DNA of 63,215 bases, filler included, from Folioceros fuciformis (Eukaryota), in the NCBI GenBank assembly GCA_049999805.1. It is 10 parts of 10 records of this genome, joined end to end, with 100 filler letters (N's around TTAATTAATTAA, not from the genome) between each part and the next. Parts side by side here need not be neighbours in the genome. Positions count along the whole stretch, not along the records: positions 9,041 to 16,058 come from JBNGIO010003433.1; positions 16,159 to 24,577 come from JBNGIO010003434.1; positions 24,678 to 27,433 come from JBNGIO010003436.1; 7 more parts are not named here. One strand, written 5' to 3'. The translations under genes and the position numbers were made by a program. The notes below the pieces were generated by a model. It made no database searches, was not told the origin of the DNA, and saw nothing but the letters and a program-made list of their open reading frames with translations. Below, one piece after another: positions 12,001-25,500 of the stretch (its first letter is position 1; each line of letters opens with the position of its first letter).

Positions 12001-15000
12001 GAGCAAATCCGCCTGGTCATGGCGGTGCAGGACAGAGACGTGCCTAGCTACCCTTTTCTCTTTTTTCGAGCAGTTGGCTCCATTACTCGGTGACCATGTC
12101 CTTCTCCCGGTTGTGCACTCTCGTGTCCTCTCGGGAGTCGCGAAAACGGGACGAAAGGTCTGGAGTGCAGTGGAGTTGAGTATGTGCGAGACGAGTCGAG
12201 ACGAGCCGAAACGGAACGAAACAAATCGGCAGTGCAGTGTGCAGTGGGCTTGTGTGCCGCGTGCTGCGCAGAGTGGAGAGACACGATTCGCGTTCCAAGA
12301 CGAGGAGAAAAAAAGAAATCGGGCGGACACACGCCACCACGAGTCCGGCACGCACCGGGCAAATGGGTAGTAAAATAATCCCGATAATAGAGGCCGAGAC
12401 AGCCACGCTCCCCGCTCTTATTGGCGTTATTACNNNNNNNNNNNNNNNNNNNNNNNNNNNNNNNNNNNNNNNNNNNNNNNNNNNNNNNNNNNNNNNNNNN
12501 NNNNNNNNNNNNNNNNNNNNNNNNNNNNNNNNNGGCCCGGTTTGCAGCCGGTGACCGGTGGCCGGTCGCGGGACCCGGTCGCCGCGGATTAGTTGCCTGC
12601 CACCCGCGGACCGCAATTACGAAGCCATGATGCAGATTCGTTTCCATTCCGCCACGACGCGGCCCGAGGCGGGCTTGTGGCCACCGGGGAGCTGGGTTGG
12701 GCTGGGCTCGGTGTGACCGGGCCGGGCCGAGCCGGGCCGGGTCGGGCCCGCTCGGCCCATCGGACGGCTGCGGGGGCGGCAGAGATTGTCGCCTCGCCGG
12801 CGACAGCAAGCAGGAGGCAGCAGGCAGCGAAGAATTGAGGAGAGAGAGCGGCGCGGGATAGAAGCCTGAAGCGGGCTTCCGCCGGGGCCCGCTCTCACAC
12901 TCTGACAGAGAGAAGCGCAGCGAATAAAGCGAGGTCCGGGCAGCCCGGGCCGGGGCCACGCTGCCCGACCTGCCCGGATCCTGCTGCCCGCTGCCCTACC
13001 CTGCCCTGCCCTGGCGAGAGTGGAGGGAGGACAAGGCGAGGGAGAAGGCCAGGACAGACGGTACTGTGAACTGCTCTTGTGTACTGCTGCTGCTGCTGCT
13101 GGACTGGTATGCCTGCCGCAGCTCCAGGAGACTGTTGTGATGCGATGTGGGGCCGAGTGAAATGAAATTTCACGCCCACCGTGTTTATTGTTCATCGGCC
13201 ATGTGATGTGAGGAGGTATGTACCGTGGCCACTGCAACTGCAGGGCAAGCGGCTGGAGCTGGTGCATTATATGGAGTGGCAGACGATTTTGCTGTGAGCT
13301 TCACTTTGCTGGATACAGAGATGGGAGTGCAGAGAGGAGACTGGGCTCGTACGACTTGGTTCTGTGTATGTACACATGCATGTAGATGGGAATTAAGGAG
13401 CCTGACATGGACCCCAGCTAAGCAAGGGCTTGTCTGGATTGCCTTGCCCCTTCCATAGACGATGCATGCAGCCAGAATCGGGCTGCAAATCTCATCGCAC
13501 GCGTAGACGCTATGGCCATTAGTGAGGAGGCGTAGCCAGGGACGTTATAATTGGGCCGCGCCCGCTCACGCCCACACCCCAACCCGAACTCCGAGACGTC
13601 CATTTCCTGGAATTCCTGTCTCGGGACTGGCACTGAGAGATGTGCGGCCCGAGGCAGGCCGACGCGCGGCCTCACTACCTTCACCTGTTTTTCTCGCCAT
13701 CGGCCAATTTTAATGCCCGAATATTCTCTACATCGCTCATGTACAGTGTACTTACTTGGCTATGTACAGGACTGTGCATACATCTGTGACTGCTGCATCA
13801 GGTCGGGGTCGGACCATTCCCAATTTTTGTGGCGTCCTCATCTCAGGCATCACGTTGCGAGTTTCGAGGATTGTTCTCTTCTTTTTTGTTTTGGGAGAGG
13901 GGGTTGAGTTGAGGTGAGGTGATTTACTGGTCACCGGGATGCGATGTGAAGCGAGGCGATGCTGTGGACTGAGAGGCGTCATTTTGTAGGTTTGCTTGCA
14001 TGGGCTGCTAGGCTGGGAGGGTTGCGTTGCATGGGCGATGGCATTGCGCTTCGTTTTGGTTTCGTTTTGTTTTCGGGTGTGCAGCTCGTGGGTATTATTA
14101 CACCGGGATTCTCCTCGTGTAAAAATGCAAGGACCATGGAATTGAGGGGGGAGGCTGTGTTGCAACACACAACTTTGTATGTACATACAAATACTTTGTA
14201 CGTACATACAGCAGTGTGCAATCTGGATCGCGCAATGTGACAAGACGAATGTGACAAAAGCTCGTGATGGAGGGAGGTTTTGACCGTATCAATCTCTGGG
14301 AGCATCGCATCTGTTTGGTGGTGTTCGGTGGGGCCAATTCGGAAGCCTGAAGTGGGGATGAGACGGATTTTTCATGGGTTATCCGTGTGTGTATGATTAG
14401 CGTCAGCTAATGATGCACAGGGCGGGAAGTAACGGAAACTTGTCGGAGCGGAGCCCCCGAGTCGGCGGAACATGAAGGATCGCAAAGTAAACCAAACAAC
14501 ACGGAAGTCGAAAGAAAGTGAGAAGAAAGCAACAGTAGTAGTATGTATGCATGACTGTGTGGAGGGTAGCTGGGCTGCCGAAGTCAACCTTAGCGGAGAT
14601 GCGGGGCGGCACGAGGCTGGCGGCAACCTCGTTGGCCCAGCTATGTGTGTGAGGGAGTGATCCGGCAACAGCCAGATTGGTGACACTCACATCAGTTTCT
14701 TCTCCAGCCAGGCATGTTGGCCAGATTTCCGACCGTGGGCGCGTGGCACTGCACTGCACTGCACTGCCAGCCCCTTCCCTTCATAATACAGTCTCCACAC
14801 TGTCTAGATGGATCCGGGCCTGAGGCTGCCTTGCCCTCGGCAACGGCATTGGGCCACCTGCATGATTGAGCCCGGTCCCCACACCCAACGGATCCCTCCC
14901 TAACCCTCCGCAGAACCGGGCCAAACCTCGGCTAACGCCCATCAAAAGCTCCATGACCCATGAGTGATGGTGGCCAGCATGTGGGCAGGGGGAAGGAGTT

Positions 15001-16158
15001 GCGTCCATGCGCGTCATACCGAGCCGAGCCACGTGAACCGGAAAGTTCTTCTCCAAGAAGAGGAGGCGCGATCTCAGCTTTGTGTGTTGTACTTCCCACG
15101 TGGTTGCTCATAGGCCATGTACAAATTGTCTGTATGTATGTATGTGTGTATGTATAGCAAGCGTTGCTTCATGTTCCGTTCCGAGCCCCCTAACCTGTCC
15201 GCCTTAAATCATAGCTGCCGCTGGGATTCACACAACAAGCTTCACACGGTTTTCCACACAGCAGCCTCTCCCCGTTGGCGATGGCGTTCACTGAGAGGAA
15301 CCCATGACGTGAGCCTTCGCTTCTACGGAATCCGTGAAGGCTTTCCTTTGGCTTTGTGGGTTGTCAAAGGAAATGGCGAATATTTTATGGGTAGAGTGAG
15401 CAAGGGGGGAATTTTGTGGGTTGTTTGAGGAGGATAAATGGAATCTCTGCACAATTGGACGAACAATTTTGTGGGTTGGAAGAAAAAGGCACAAACTTTT
15501 TGTGGGTGTTATACACACACCAAGGAGGGAAGGCGACAAATAGGATGGCGGGGCCCATCTCAAGCAAGGCCATGGCGGGGCGGTGTGCTGTGGCATGGAT
15601 TAAGTATAAGAGGATGAAGAAGGGGCTTCTGAAGTCCATGTCTGAGTCTCTATCAATAGCACACCAATGGGTGGCAAGGAAGTTTGGCACTGCAAATTTG
15701 TCATGTGTTGTTGTTGCAAGATGCGATTTCCCATCTCGGCTTTGCAGGAGGGGGCCCGGGTTGCTATCACACCGGTCGTGATGATGGAGTTCTAGCTCGG
15801 CGGGCAACGGGGACTGCCGCCTTCACGGCCCAGGCCTGCGTGCCCTGCAGCCACTGGCAAGGTGCGAGAGTGCATTCATTGTCACCCCACCAACTCCCGC
15901 TAGATCGCACAGCCGAGCTGTCGAGTGCCCCAGCGCAGCGGGTACAAGTGCCGTCGCCATCTCCATCGCCCAACACTGAGCGTGATCGCCAGAAATCGAT
16001 GCAAGCAGCGCTGGCCGCCGGCCGGCCCCAGCCCTGCCGAGCCCATCCCATCCCACCCNNNNNNNNNNNNNNNNNNNNNNNNNNNNNNNNNNNNNNNNNN
16101 NNTTAATTAATTAANNNNNNNNNNNNNNNNNNNNNNNNNNNNNNNNNNNNNNNNNNNN

Positions 16159-18343
16159 GCTGGTGGAGGTGTTGGAAGTGGTGGGGGTCGAAGGGAAGAG
16201 TGTTTGGCTTCAAGAGGGTGGGATGGCCCTGATTATGGTTCGCAAAAGAATAGGAAGAGGGAAAAGAGGGTCGCGAGTGGATTTGCAGGAGAGTTGCCTT
16301 GGGCTGTTATCAGTGTGTTGCTTGGAATTTTGGCGTCCCTACTGCTATGGGTCCTCAGAGTCGTGCCCTCAAGGTGCCGCAGTGAAGGAAACAGGTCCTT
16401 CAGGGTGAGCAGGGTATGGAAGTCTGCTGCATGGAAGGGCAGGCGAACTGGCTTCAAGTGTAAATTCAGCCTGCCTCGGATGGGCAAAGTTGTGTCATCT
16501 CTGTGTATCAAGCTTCAGGTTGGCTCCTGTGTTGCATGTCAGATGGAGAGCTCACTTGTTCTGCTCCTCTGGATGGAGAATTTGGTGACGGAATCTGCTT
16601 GGCTTGATGACGGGTGGATTGCAGACTGGATATTACCAACACCTGTTTGAACATCAACCTGCAAAGTTGAGAGTGTTGACGGCATTAGATGGTGCAGCCC
16701 CTCTTTACAGTCAACTGCCGCACCGCAGAAGGGAGATCACGATCGTCACACAGGTATCCTCCCCTGACATGTACTTGCGCAGTGGTGTAGCTAGTGATGG
16801 CTGACAAATGGGCTTCTTCCGATTTAGTGGCTTGCAGGCCTCTGCTGATAGGTTGCAAGCGATTGAAGCAATGGCTTCTTCCTGGCAAGGTGCATTGTGT
16901 GTGGCAGTCCATGTGCGGACACGAGGGGAGCTTCAGCAAGTGTACCGCACTATGTGTAACCTGCATGCACGAGTGGAAGGAACGGGGCAGTGCAGACTTC
17001 ACATGTGCATCGCCATGGAAGTGGGCCTTCCAGACGATGCAGCTGCGATGGCTGCACTCTACCCGGTAACTTCCTATAGTGTCCATTGAATAATTCCTAG
17101 CATGTGTGAAATGTGCTGACGGAGTCCACCCCCACTCCCTCCCTTCTTCCCTGCAGGTGAACTCGATGCGCAACATCGCTCTCAGAATGGCAACCACTGA
17201 ACTAGTATTCCTTCTCGATGCTGACTTTGTTCCCTGTCCTGGGTCGGTAGACTTCTTCTCTTTCTTTTCCTCACCTCATGTCCCCATCCCTGTCCCCGGC
17301 TGACCCCACAAAGTTTGCTGCACGCACAGGCTGCATGACAGATTGACCAACAAGGCATGTTACAACAAGATCCTAAGAGACGCCAAACACAACAAAAAAA
17401 TGTTTGTGGTTGCTGCGTTCGAGTCCAGAACAAGCCACCGACGGTGGAAAGAGTCTCTTCCCCCCTGCCAGATGCCCCGAACCTTCGAAGAACTCAGGAA
17501 AATGTGGCACAGGGGCCTGGTGCAGGGCTTCCACTGCGGCCACTTTCCAAGGGGCCATCAGCCCACCGATTATTCACGGTTCTTCAACCACGTCTCCACC
17601 AAACCGTACAGTGTCCAGTTCAGGTATGTCTGGAGGACGAAATCTCCATATCCGTCATCATCGCGAAGCCGTCCTCCTCACTTCCACGTTACCTTGTTCC
17701 ACACCGTTCTGTGCAGGGAGTACTACGAGCCGTATGTCATTTGTGCTAGGAAGTCGGTCCCATTTTTCGATGAGCGTTTCAGGTGAGGATGGAAACTGCC
17801 ACTCCCATCTATCATTTCCCTTGCCTCCAACCGCCTCTGAGAAAAAGGCCCAACAAACCTGGCTGTCATTGCAGGGGCTATGGATTAAACAAAATTTCAC
17901 ATTCCTACCACTGTGCCATCACGGGCATGACTTTCTCAGTCCTGCCTCGCCAGTACGTGTGGGAATTCCCACACCCAAGATCCGAAGCCTGGATCAGAAC
18001 ATTCGGCGTCAGAAAGGTATGGATACGTGTGGTAACCTGTCCAGAATCTTGTCTCCAAAACGTTTGGCTTGCTGTTCCTAACCGCAATCGGTTGGTGCAG
18101 GACCCAAATCAAGTTCTCCGCGTCCAAGGACTCTACACCCGGTTCAAGGACGAGCTTCTTGCTGATCATCCAAGCTCGTCTTCCACCATACTTAACTCTA
18201 CAACCATGGAGATCCTGGCCACAACAGTCCGTTGGCTAGTACACCTTTTCTACGCTACCCAACAGGGATTGGAGAAGTTTGTCGTGCCGTCTCCGTGGAG
18301 CTTGAACGGAACCTTACGTTTATCTGGTAGTAGGGTACATTGA
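16159..18343 (+). CDS. GT49-family (LARGE glucuronyltransferase domain / B4GAT1-like) type II membrane glycosyltransferase; 5' end lost in the gap
   Basis: TM anchor WAVISVLLGILASLLLWVL, then EITIVTQ|ASADRL...SWQGALCVAV, LYP|VNSMRNIAL, VFLLDADFVP (DxD), FVVAAFE, PRTFEEL, FHCGHFPRGHQPTDY, EYYEPYVI, PFFDERFRGYGLNKISH, FSVLP...FPH. Approximate exons: 16159-16404, 16625-16753, 16838-17065, 17157-17242, 17330-17623, 17717-17782, 17875-18016, 18101-18343. Confidence 0.88.
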
Positions 18344-21300
18344 GTCCACCTTACTGGACCAAGGGAGAAAAAGTCATGACCCCTGGCTTGTGATTTCGGG
18401 TCATTTATGTTGCCTACAGTATGGAATACAGTTACGGACACGCGCAACACACTCATCCACGATCATCTTTTTACTGTTCTGATATATACTTTGTACAGGA
18501 ATATATTAAGAATATCCCACATATTCCTATAATTTACATCGCACTTCACCAAGGGAGGGTGCACTATTTCAGGGTTTTCACCTCAGGTATTTAAGGGAAT
18601 ATACCCAAAGATGCTGTTTTCGTGACCCCAAAACGAACGAACTTTTTCCCACAGACACTAATATCTTCCCACACCGAACACTCATATCTCTTTAAACTTT
18701 TTTTTTTAATAATTCTCAAACATTCAATGTAGATCATTTTACATTCATCATGGAGCTAGGGTTTGCTCATTTAGGGTTTAACCAAGGGTTCCTTCAATGC
18801 ACCCACAAGGCCGTAGACCCACCAGGGTTAGGGTTTACGGTTTAATGCAGAGATCATTGCCTCAATAGTGTTTTAGATTGAGCCTAAGCCATGGCTACAT
18901 CTCTCATAGACAACAAAGAACAGAACCCTAACCGTTACTTTAGAAACCAAGCAAAGCCATGTTCCTTATGAGAAAGCTGTTTAAGAAACCAAGCTTTACT
19001 TGGTTTCTTTTCTATCACTACCTACGATTTCCTCACAACCAGGTCATGCGTTCTTCCAACACGCTCGAATGTCCCTCAACCCTATGCATCAAGCAGCCCT
19101 TAGCCCTACGCATCAAGCAAGATACCTACTGGAATGGGCCTCAGCCTGCGTGCATCTAGCACAATACATCCAGGAAGGGGCCTCAGCTTTCAAGCTTCAG
19201 TTTTGCTAGCTACAACAAAGTCTCACTATATGAATCATGATAACTACAGGATTCAAGCAAGCCTAAAGCATCGCCCATATTATGGTCATGGCTCCGCGTC
19301 CACTGATCAGGCACCTCACATATCCTTGCACTTTACTCAAGTCTTGCCGCCGCGCATCCCTTACAGAAAACATCCCACCTGCGTCCATCAAATGTTATGT
19401 TTGTCTCCAGTTCACAGGTTCCGCCCTCCACCGCCTATTCCTGTAGCCTCAGCCTCTCCCCACCTACTACTTAGGGTCCACCTACCAAAATGCCCGGTGC
19501 ATCACAATGTCTGGGTGCGTAGACGCTTCCACTATGAAGGTCAAGGAACTGAAATGAGTAGGCTTGTAGGCAAAGGTTTTCCCATTCATGGCACAAAAAC
19601 CAGCCATTACTCGTTGTCGTCGGTATTGTCTTTCTCCTTGGCATTTATTTTGCTTGTTTCATCTTCTTCAACCATGCCTGCAGCAACAAACGAGAGGTGA
19701 GACTGCAGGAGCTGCACCAACCTATTCCCAGTGTGACCGTCGCCACAAAGTGTCAAGACCTACCTACTTTGGGTTTGACTGTAGTGTCGCCTTCACAGAT
19801 ATGCATATCAGCTGTAGTAGCCGGGATAGCACAGGCACTGCAGCTTGGCATTACTCTGCAAAACGTCTCAAGGTTAGCTCCACACACATAACACCAAATT
19901 CCGTCGGAACCATTCATCACTGGGTAATAGAATTACAAACCCGCAACGCGTAAATGCCCTGCCATCGGAGCCTTGCTTCATGGCACCAAGATCAGCCTCA
20001 ACACGCTTCCTGGATATGCTATGGAGTGATTCTTACACCCAAGAACCACCAAGGGGCCACATCTCCCCTTATTGTCGTTGCAGTCTTATGATTCGCTCCC
20101 AAGAGAGTGAACTAGTGTCAAGGTTTCCTAAAATCTCCCCACATTATCCTAATCTAATCCTATCTATCAGCCGACTCCTAGACCTAACCACACTACAGCA
20201 AAAGGATCAAAATCCTTAGCCCTATCTTCAACACCAACCACAACTCCAGCTGAATAAGAACTCCAGCATTATCTTCAGCTCCCACTTCCAGCTCCAGGTA
20301 TCAGCTGCCTCAGCAGCTGAGAGGAGGCCCTAGCCNNNNNNNNNNNNNNNNNNNNNNNNNNNNNNNNNNNNNNNNNNNNNNNNNNNNNNNNNNNNNNNNN
20401 NNNNNNNNNNNNNNNNNNNNNNNNNNNNNNNNNNNAGCCCAGGCCTCAGCCTCCACTCTCAGCCCTAATTGCTAGCCACCTCAGCAGCTGATTGAGAACT
20501 TCAGCACCTAAGCTCCTCACCTCAGCACACCAACTCCAAGCTCCAGCACTTCAAATCTCTACTCTAGCACCTCAAATCTCTACTCCAGCACTTCAACTCT
20601 TCAGCCCTTCACTCTCACGTTTCACTCCTGGATTTTGGAACACAACAGCCCCTCACTTGCAGTCCTTGAGGCAGGGATGTGCAGACCCAGGCTGGATAGC
20701 GTTCTCGGTTCACAGCCCTGCAATTCGTCGCCTTGGAAACCGCTTAGGGACGTCAAGGTACCCCAACCACCCAACCAGCATGCAAGAAAGGTCAGCCCTT
20801 GCGGATCTGGCCACCCAGATCTCAGCAATTTTGGGAGCCGCAACGTTCCCCTAGCGGCATGGGGAATCAAGGCTGAGGTGCATCTACACACTGGATTAAC
20901 CCTCTAACCCAGCAGCTTGCACACAAGGTCAGGGTGCTCTCACCAAAAAAACCCCCCCTTCAATGACAGGCCTGGCCTCTTACACCTCCTTGGCCAAGAA
21001 CCCCTGTCACTGTCTAACCAGGTCAGCACGCCTCCGACAGAACCCTCCATTCGTTAAAACCCTAACCCTAACTCAGACCCTAACTCAGACCTATGAGAAC
21101 CTGCCAACTGGCCTTTTTGGACTCATTACTAGTTACTCCCTACAGAATCATCAAACTCATTACTGGTTACCCCTACAAAATCATCATTAACATCCCCAGC
21201 AAATCCTCGTCCACCTAGGGCATAACCATAACAAAATCCCTTGCTATTACTCCACCTTCCCTTGGTCCTCAGACAAGTGTTCACCGACCACCCGCGGCTT

Positions 21301-23515
21301 GTTCTCCATCAGTGCTTGTCCTTCATCCGTGCTGCTTGCCCCACACATGCATAACCCAGCACAGTGATTAGCAATTTCACCTGTCATGCGTAGGGTATCG
21401 TTTGCACCCACTCCAAGAAGTAGATGGCCAAGCCATATTCTGGCCTCTCCACAACTATCTTGTTGTGGTTCACAAACACCAATAGGAAGGCGTGGAGCTG
21501 CCTACACCAATCCCAGTGCACCAGGCACCCTTGCTCGGTCATATGTCTTGCCTGTTCCATCAGCTCGACCAAGCAGTCCAGGCGAGTATTCTTCGAGTGC
21601 TACTTCCACAGAAACCTACTTTCGGCATCTTCTACTCTACGGCTTCTTTTCTTAATGCTTGCCACGGTGCCGTGCAAGCTTGGGTATGTCTCAGCTATCT
21701 ACCTTGCGGCTGTCACCTTCTGAACTGGACTTTGACCCTTCAAATTTAACAACCGGGCTCCTTCTTCGAACGACTCCTGAAAGGTCTCCCGTAGATCCGA
21801 TGCCACCCTCCTGACCTCCAATTGTTCTAACTTTTCCTTCAACTCCAGTTCACCCTTAGTGAGGACCTTCTCCCTGCCAACGAAGGCATTCCCCAGCTAC
21901 TACCATAGCTGCCTATAGAGGTCCCCTGGATCAGCCCCAGCTTGATCCTACAAGCGCCACCTTGATGCTTGCTTGTCTGCCAGCCTGCCGCGATCCAGCC
22001 TAGCCTCCTTGCCAACCAGTCCGCCTGTCTACGCAACCACGATTCCGCGTAGCTAATCGGTACCAAAACCACAAGCACACAAACAAGAGTTGCTTGGATT
22101 TCACCAAGTCTCCCCGCAATTCCATCCCCAATCCAATCACCCGCCTACTTGCCGATCCGGCCAACCCATCTGGCATTGGGCACCCCCACTAGCGCCCTCT
22201 AGGACCTCCTTGCCCCATCATCATTGTACTTGCCTCCATTGTTTCCTCGCTAACATCATCTGCAGTCCCCCTTCCCACTACATCGTCCAGCACACTTCCA
22301 CTTGTGCTTATGGAGGCCATCTCCACCCTCAACACAAACACAGCTTGCTCGCAATCTCTTACACCTGCCCCACTTGCCCACTCGTCCTCCCCTTGTCTCG
22401 CTGCGCTCATGATAAGTCACCCCTCACATCACCTTTGACCTGCAAGTTGTTTCTTTTCAGCAAACGGATGAGGAGGAGGCGGGAGGTCATTGTAAGAGAA
22501 GTAATGCAAGGGCTGCAGTCCATGGAGCATGATGTGGAGAGCTTGCAAGGTGGGTTGCAAGTGGGGCTGGATTCCCTAAAGGCCAGCATGTAGTCTAGAC
22601 TAGGGAACTTGAAGGAGAGGCTGCGGCAAGCCACAAGAAAAATGGAGGATGTGAAGCAGGTCGTGGCGTTGCTAGAGTAGGCTAGGCATAGGATATGCAA
22701 GGGAGGGCTAGTATAGGCTAGGTAGGCTATGCTAGGGAGAGGGTGTGAGGACTGAGTAGTAGATGCTAAGGAAGGAAGACAACTTTTTGCTACAGTGGTG
22801 CTTGGCTTTTTTTTTGTGGTGAAACCCTACATCTCGGAGATTGTGTTGTGGTATTTTCTTATTTGTGTGTAGGGTGGATTGTTTGTAAGACCCGTGTAGT
22901 GATTGCTGGAGGATAGGATTGTTTGTTTAAGCTACATTTATGGTGGATGCAAGTTGTTTTCTAGAGCAAACGAGTAGTGGCGAGGGGTTGGTGAAGTACC
23001 ACAGGCCATGAGGGAGTTGATCAATGGACGTAGGGGCCATGCGCCTTTGTTGTAGGTAGGATGCTGGATGTGCGGTGCGGTGGGCATCGCACCTAGTGGT
23101 GATACCTGGTGTGGTGAGCTCGAAGAAGAGTGGTAGCATATGTGGAGTCCACATGGAGAACAGACCCCCTGGAAAATGGCAGAGTTGGTTTTTTTTTGGG
23201 TTTCTGATTGAATTTCGTAGAGGAGTGGTTAGGAGATTAGGTTAGATTAGAGGTAGATTAACGGTAAGGCGATAGGGTCTAAGAGGGAAGTGTGGCAAGT
23301 AGTCACGGGTCTGGGTCCATGTAGCTAGGGTGTCTGGATGTGTGTGTAATCCTAGGTTTGTGCGTGCGAAGGGCAAGTTGGGGCTCCTGGGGGAAAGATA
23401 GGGATGATGGGCCCTTGCCCTGGTGCCCCGGCTAGACAAGGTCCACGAGGGCACAGCAGCGCATGAGCGGGGATACTACGATTGCACGGTATGCGAAATG
23501 TAGGGATGTTTAGGA

Positions 23516-24145
23516 GTGCGTGCAGTGGAGAGGCAGCAGGCTGGGGGGACACTGACAGAGCTGGCTGCGGAAATTTGCTGCTCAACAAGGACATTAAGGA
23601 GGTGGATGGAGTGGTGCCCTAGGTGGAGGGGTGCGTATGCAGGGCTGCAGAGATCAATGGAGGACGTGGTGACACTCATACGGGAAAATGTTGCAATCAC
23701 ACGACATGCTATCACATGGGGAGTGAGAGTGGTGCAGGCAGCATTGTTGGATGCAGGACACATAGTGCCTCGGAGGCAAGTAGAAGCAGCACTACCGACA
23801 ATGCAGCCGGAGGCAATTGCATTGAGAGCACGAAATCGTATTCGGCAAGTGCAGTACACAAATCGGACACCAATGTACATGTGGCACATGGATTGTGAGT
23901 GTCTGAACCTTGTTGCCTTAAGCTTGTTGATATTGCAACCTAACTGAGAACTGCGATGGTTTGGGTGCAGCATACGACAAAATGTTCATGTTCCATATGA
24001 GAGTGCACACAGCAATCAATGGAGCAACAAACTACATAACATGGGCAACAACTGCATGGCGGACAACAAACCAGCAGAAACCATTTATGATGCGTACATT
24101 GAGGCTATGTAGAGATTTGGCCACCCACGGGAGAATGGAAGCAAC
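23516..24145 (+). mobile_element. IS3EU-like (eukaryotic IS3/IS481-related) DDE transposase fragment with one intron, truncated at the 3' end
   Basis: HTH-like LTELAAEICCSTRTLRRW; WGVRVVQAALLDAGHIVPRRQV; RIRQVQY....MYMWHMD, then intron GTGAGT...GTGCAG (~23895-23970), then SYDKMFMFHMRVHTAINGATNYITW. This parallels the WHxDGxxKL...IHGxIDG core of this group. Confidence 0.7.
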
Positions 24146-24577
24146 TGTCAATAGGATCGACTCCAATCTACGTGCAAGTGTAGGAGAGGAGAGGAGAGAA
24201 GAGAGGGTGGTATTGGTGATCACAACCATGAAAACAATACACATCACCACTGTCTTACTATGGAGGTCCGAGGTCTCCATTTAAGTAGTACATTTAGGGC
24301 TACACAACTTCCAGGTTCAATATGGGATAATCTACACTATTCTAAGTTCACTAATAACTAGAACTAGTCTAGTATGAACCCAACTGGGATAACTAACACC
24401 ACATGAGTTTAGCTCATATAGAGCTCGATAACTCAACACTCCCCTCGAGCTCAACATAGCATATGTACGCCTAACATAGCTCAGAATTTCTTCAGGTTCT
24501 CTGCTCCCATTGGCTTAGTAAATATATCGGCTATCTGCTCGTCTGTGTTGACATACACAAGATCAATAGCTCCAGAT
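24146..24577 (-). mobile_element. 3' end of a Ty1/Copia LTR retrotransposon (RNase H end, PPT, ~293-bp 3' LTR)
   Basis: Minus strand reads IDLVYVNTDEQIADIFTKPM (Copia RNase H ADIFTK motif, followed by a premature TGA). Polypurine tract GAGGGGAG is immediately followed by TGTTGA at 24438, and the putative LTR ends TTGACA at 24146. Confidence 0.85.
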
Positions 24578-24677
24578 NNNNNNNNNNNNNNNNNNNNNNN
24601 NNNNNNNNNNNNNNNNNNNNNTTAATTAATTAANNNNNNNNNNNNNNNNNNNNNNNNNNNNNNNNNNNNNNNNNNNN

Positions 24678-25500
24678 CTGTCATGAAAAATTTCTCCCCA
24701 GCGAAATCTACTCCCTCAGTCCTTAGACGGTAGCAGTGCTCGTGGATGTTAACACAGCGGTCGTAAGAAAATTCATCCAGAGTCACAACGACAAGATGGC
24801 GGACCAGGTGGCTGATGTTATCTCCCCGTTCGAAGCTGCTGAGAAACAGGTCAAACATAGAGTTCTCAACCGCCCACGCTTGATTCAAAGTTGTAATGAT
24901 TACAGTTTTATCGCCAGTAGCAGCCCTGTCTAGCACTGCTTGCAAGTGACGTAGCTCGCTCTGCACCAGACCCACACCAACTAATCAAACAATCTCCAAA
25001 GGGCGTGTTAACTTCAAGGGCAATAACACCTCCTCGGACTAATAAACGAGCTCAATAGAGCACCCCATCCATTTCTACAATGGCAGCGGACCAGGTCCTG
25101 AATCCAGGGATATGAGTATTACAGACCATCAACCATCCGCGAAAAAAGTCAATAACACGAGTGCACCCGGGACCTGCGGCAGTGGCACCGTGGTGCGCAC
25201 AGGGCCAAGCTGTACCAAACCAAGGCCCCGCTAAACGGATCCCCCACGGCATCTGCATGCTCACAGGCTCTCAAGTTCAGCGCAGAAGACGAAAACCTGA
25301 CTCACCATGTTTCCTCTGGCACCAAGCCAGTTCTCATCCCCCGACATCAACTGCTTCCATTTCTCCGCAACAGACTCCGGCGACATCATCTTGAACACTC
25401 CGTGCGTCTGCAATAAGACTAGATACGGAAACACGACGAACGTCGTGCAAACCACCATGCGGATCACATCCTTCAACTTCAACCTGGTAACCATCCACAT
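24678..25500 (-). CDS. Nucleotide-diphospho-sugar transferase (GT77-type, At4g15970-like) glycosyltransferase; 3' part lost at scaffold end
   Basis: Exon 1 25500-25306 carries a TM segment (MVVCTTFVVFPYLVLL) and a GTGAGT donor. Exon 2 from 24960 reads VLDRAATGDKTVIITTLNQAWA..SMFDLFLSSF..HLVVVTLD..RC..IHEHCYRLRTEGVDFAGEKFFMT. Confidence 0.88.

Noticed and set aside
11722-16058. Numerous long GC-rich ORFs
   Set aside because: Low-complexity Arg/Pro/Gly/Ala translations, some spanning N gaps; no recognisable domain or consistent exon chain.
16159-25500. GT49 and GT77 genes as a glycan-biosynthesis cluster
   Set aside because: They lie on different scaffolds separated by the artificial linker at 24622.
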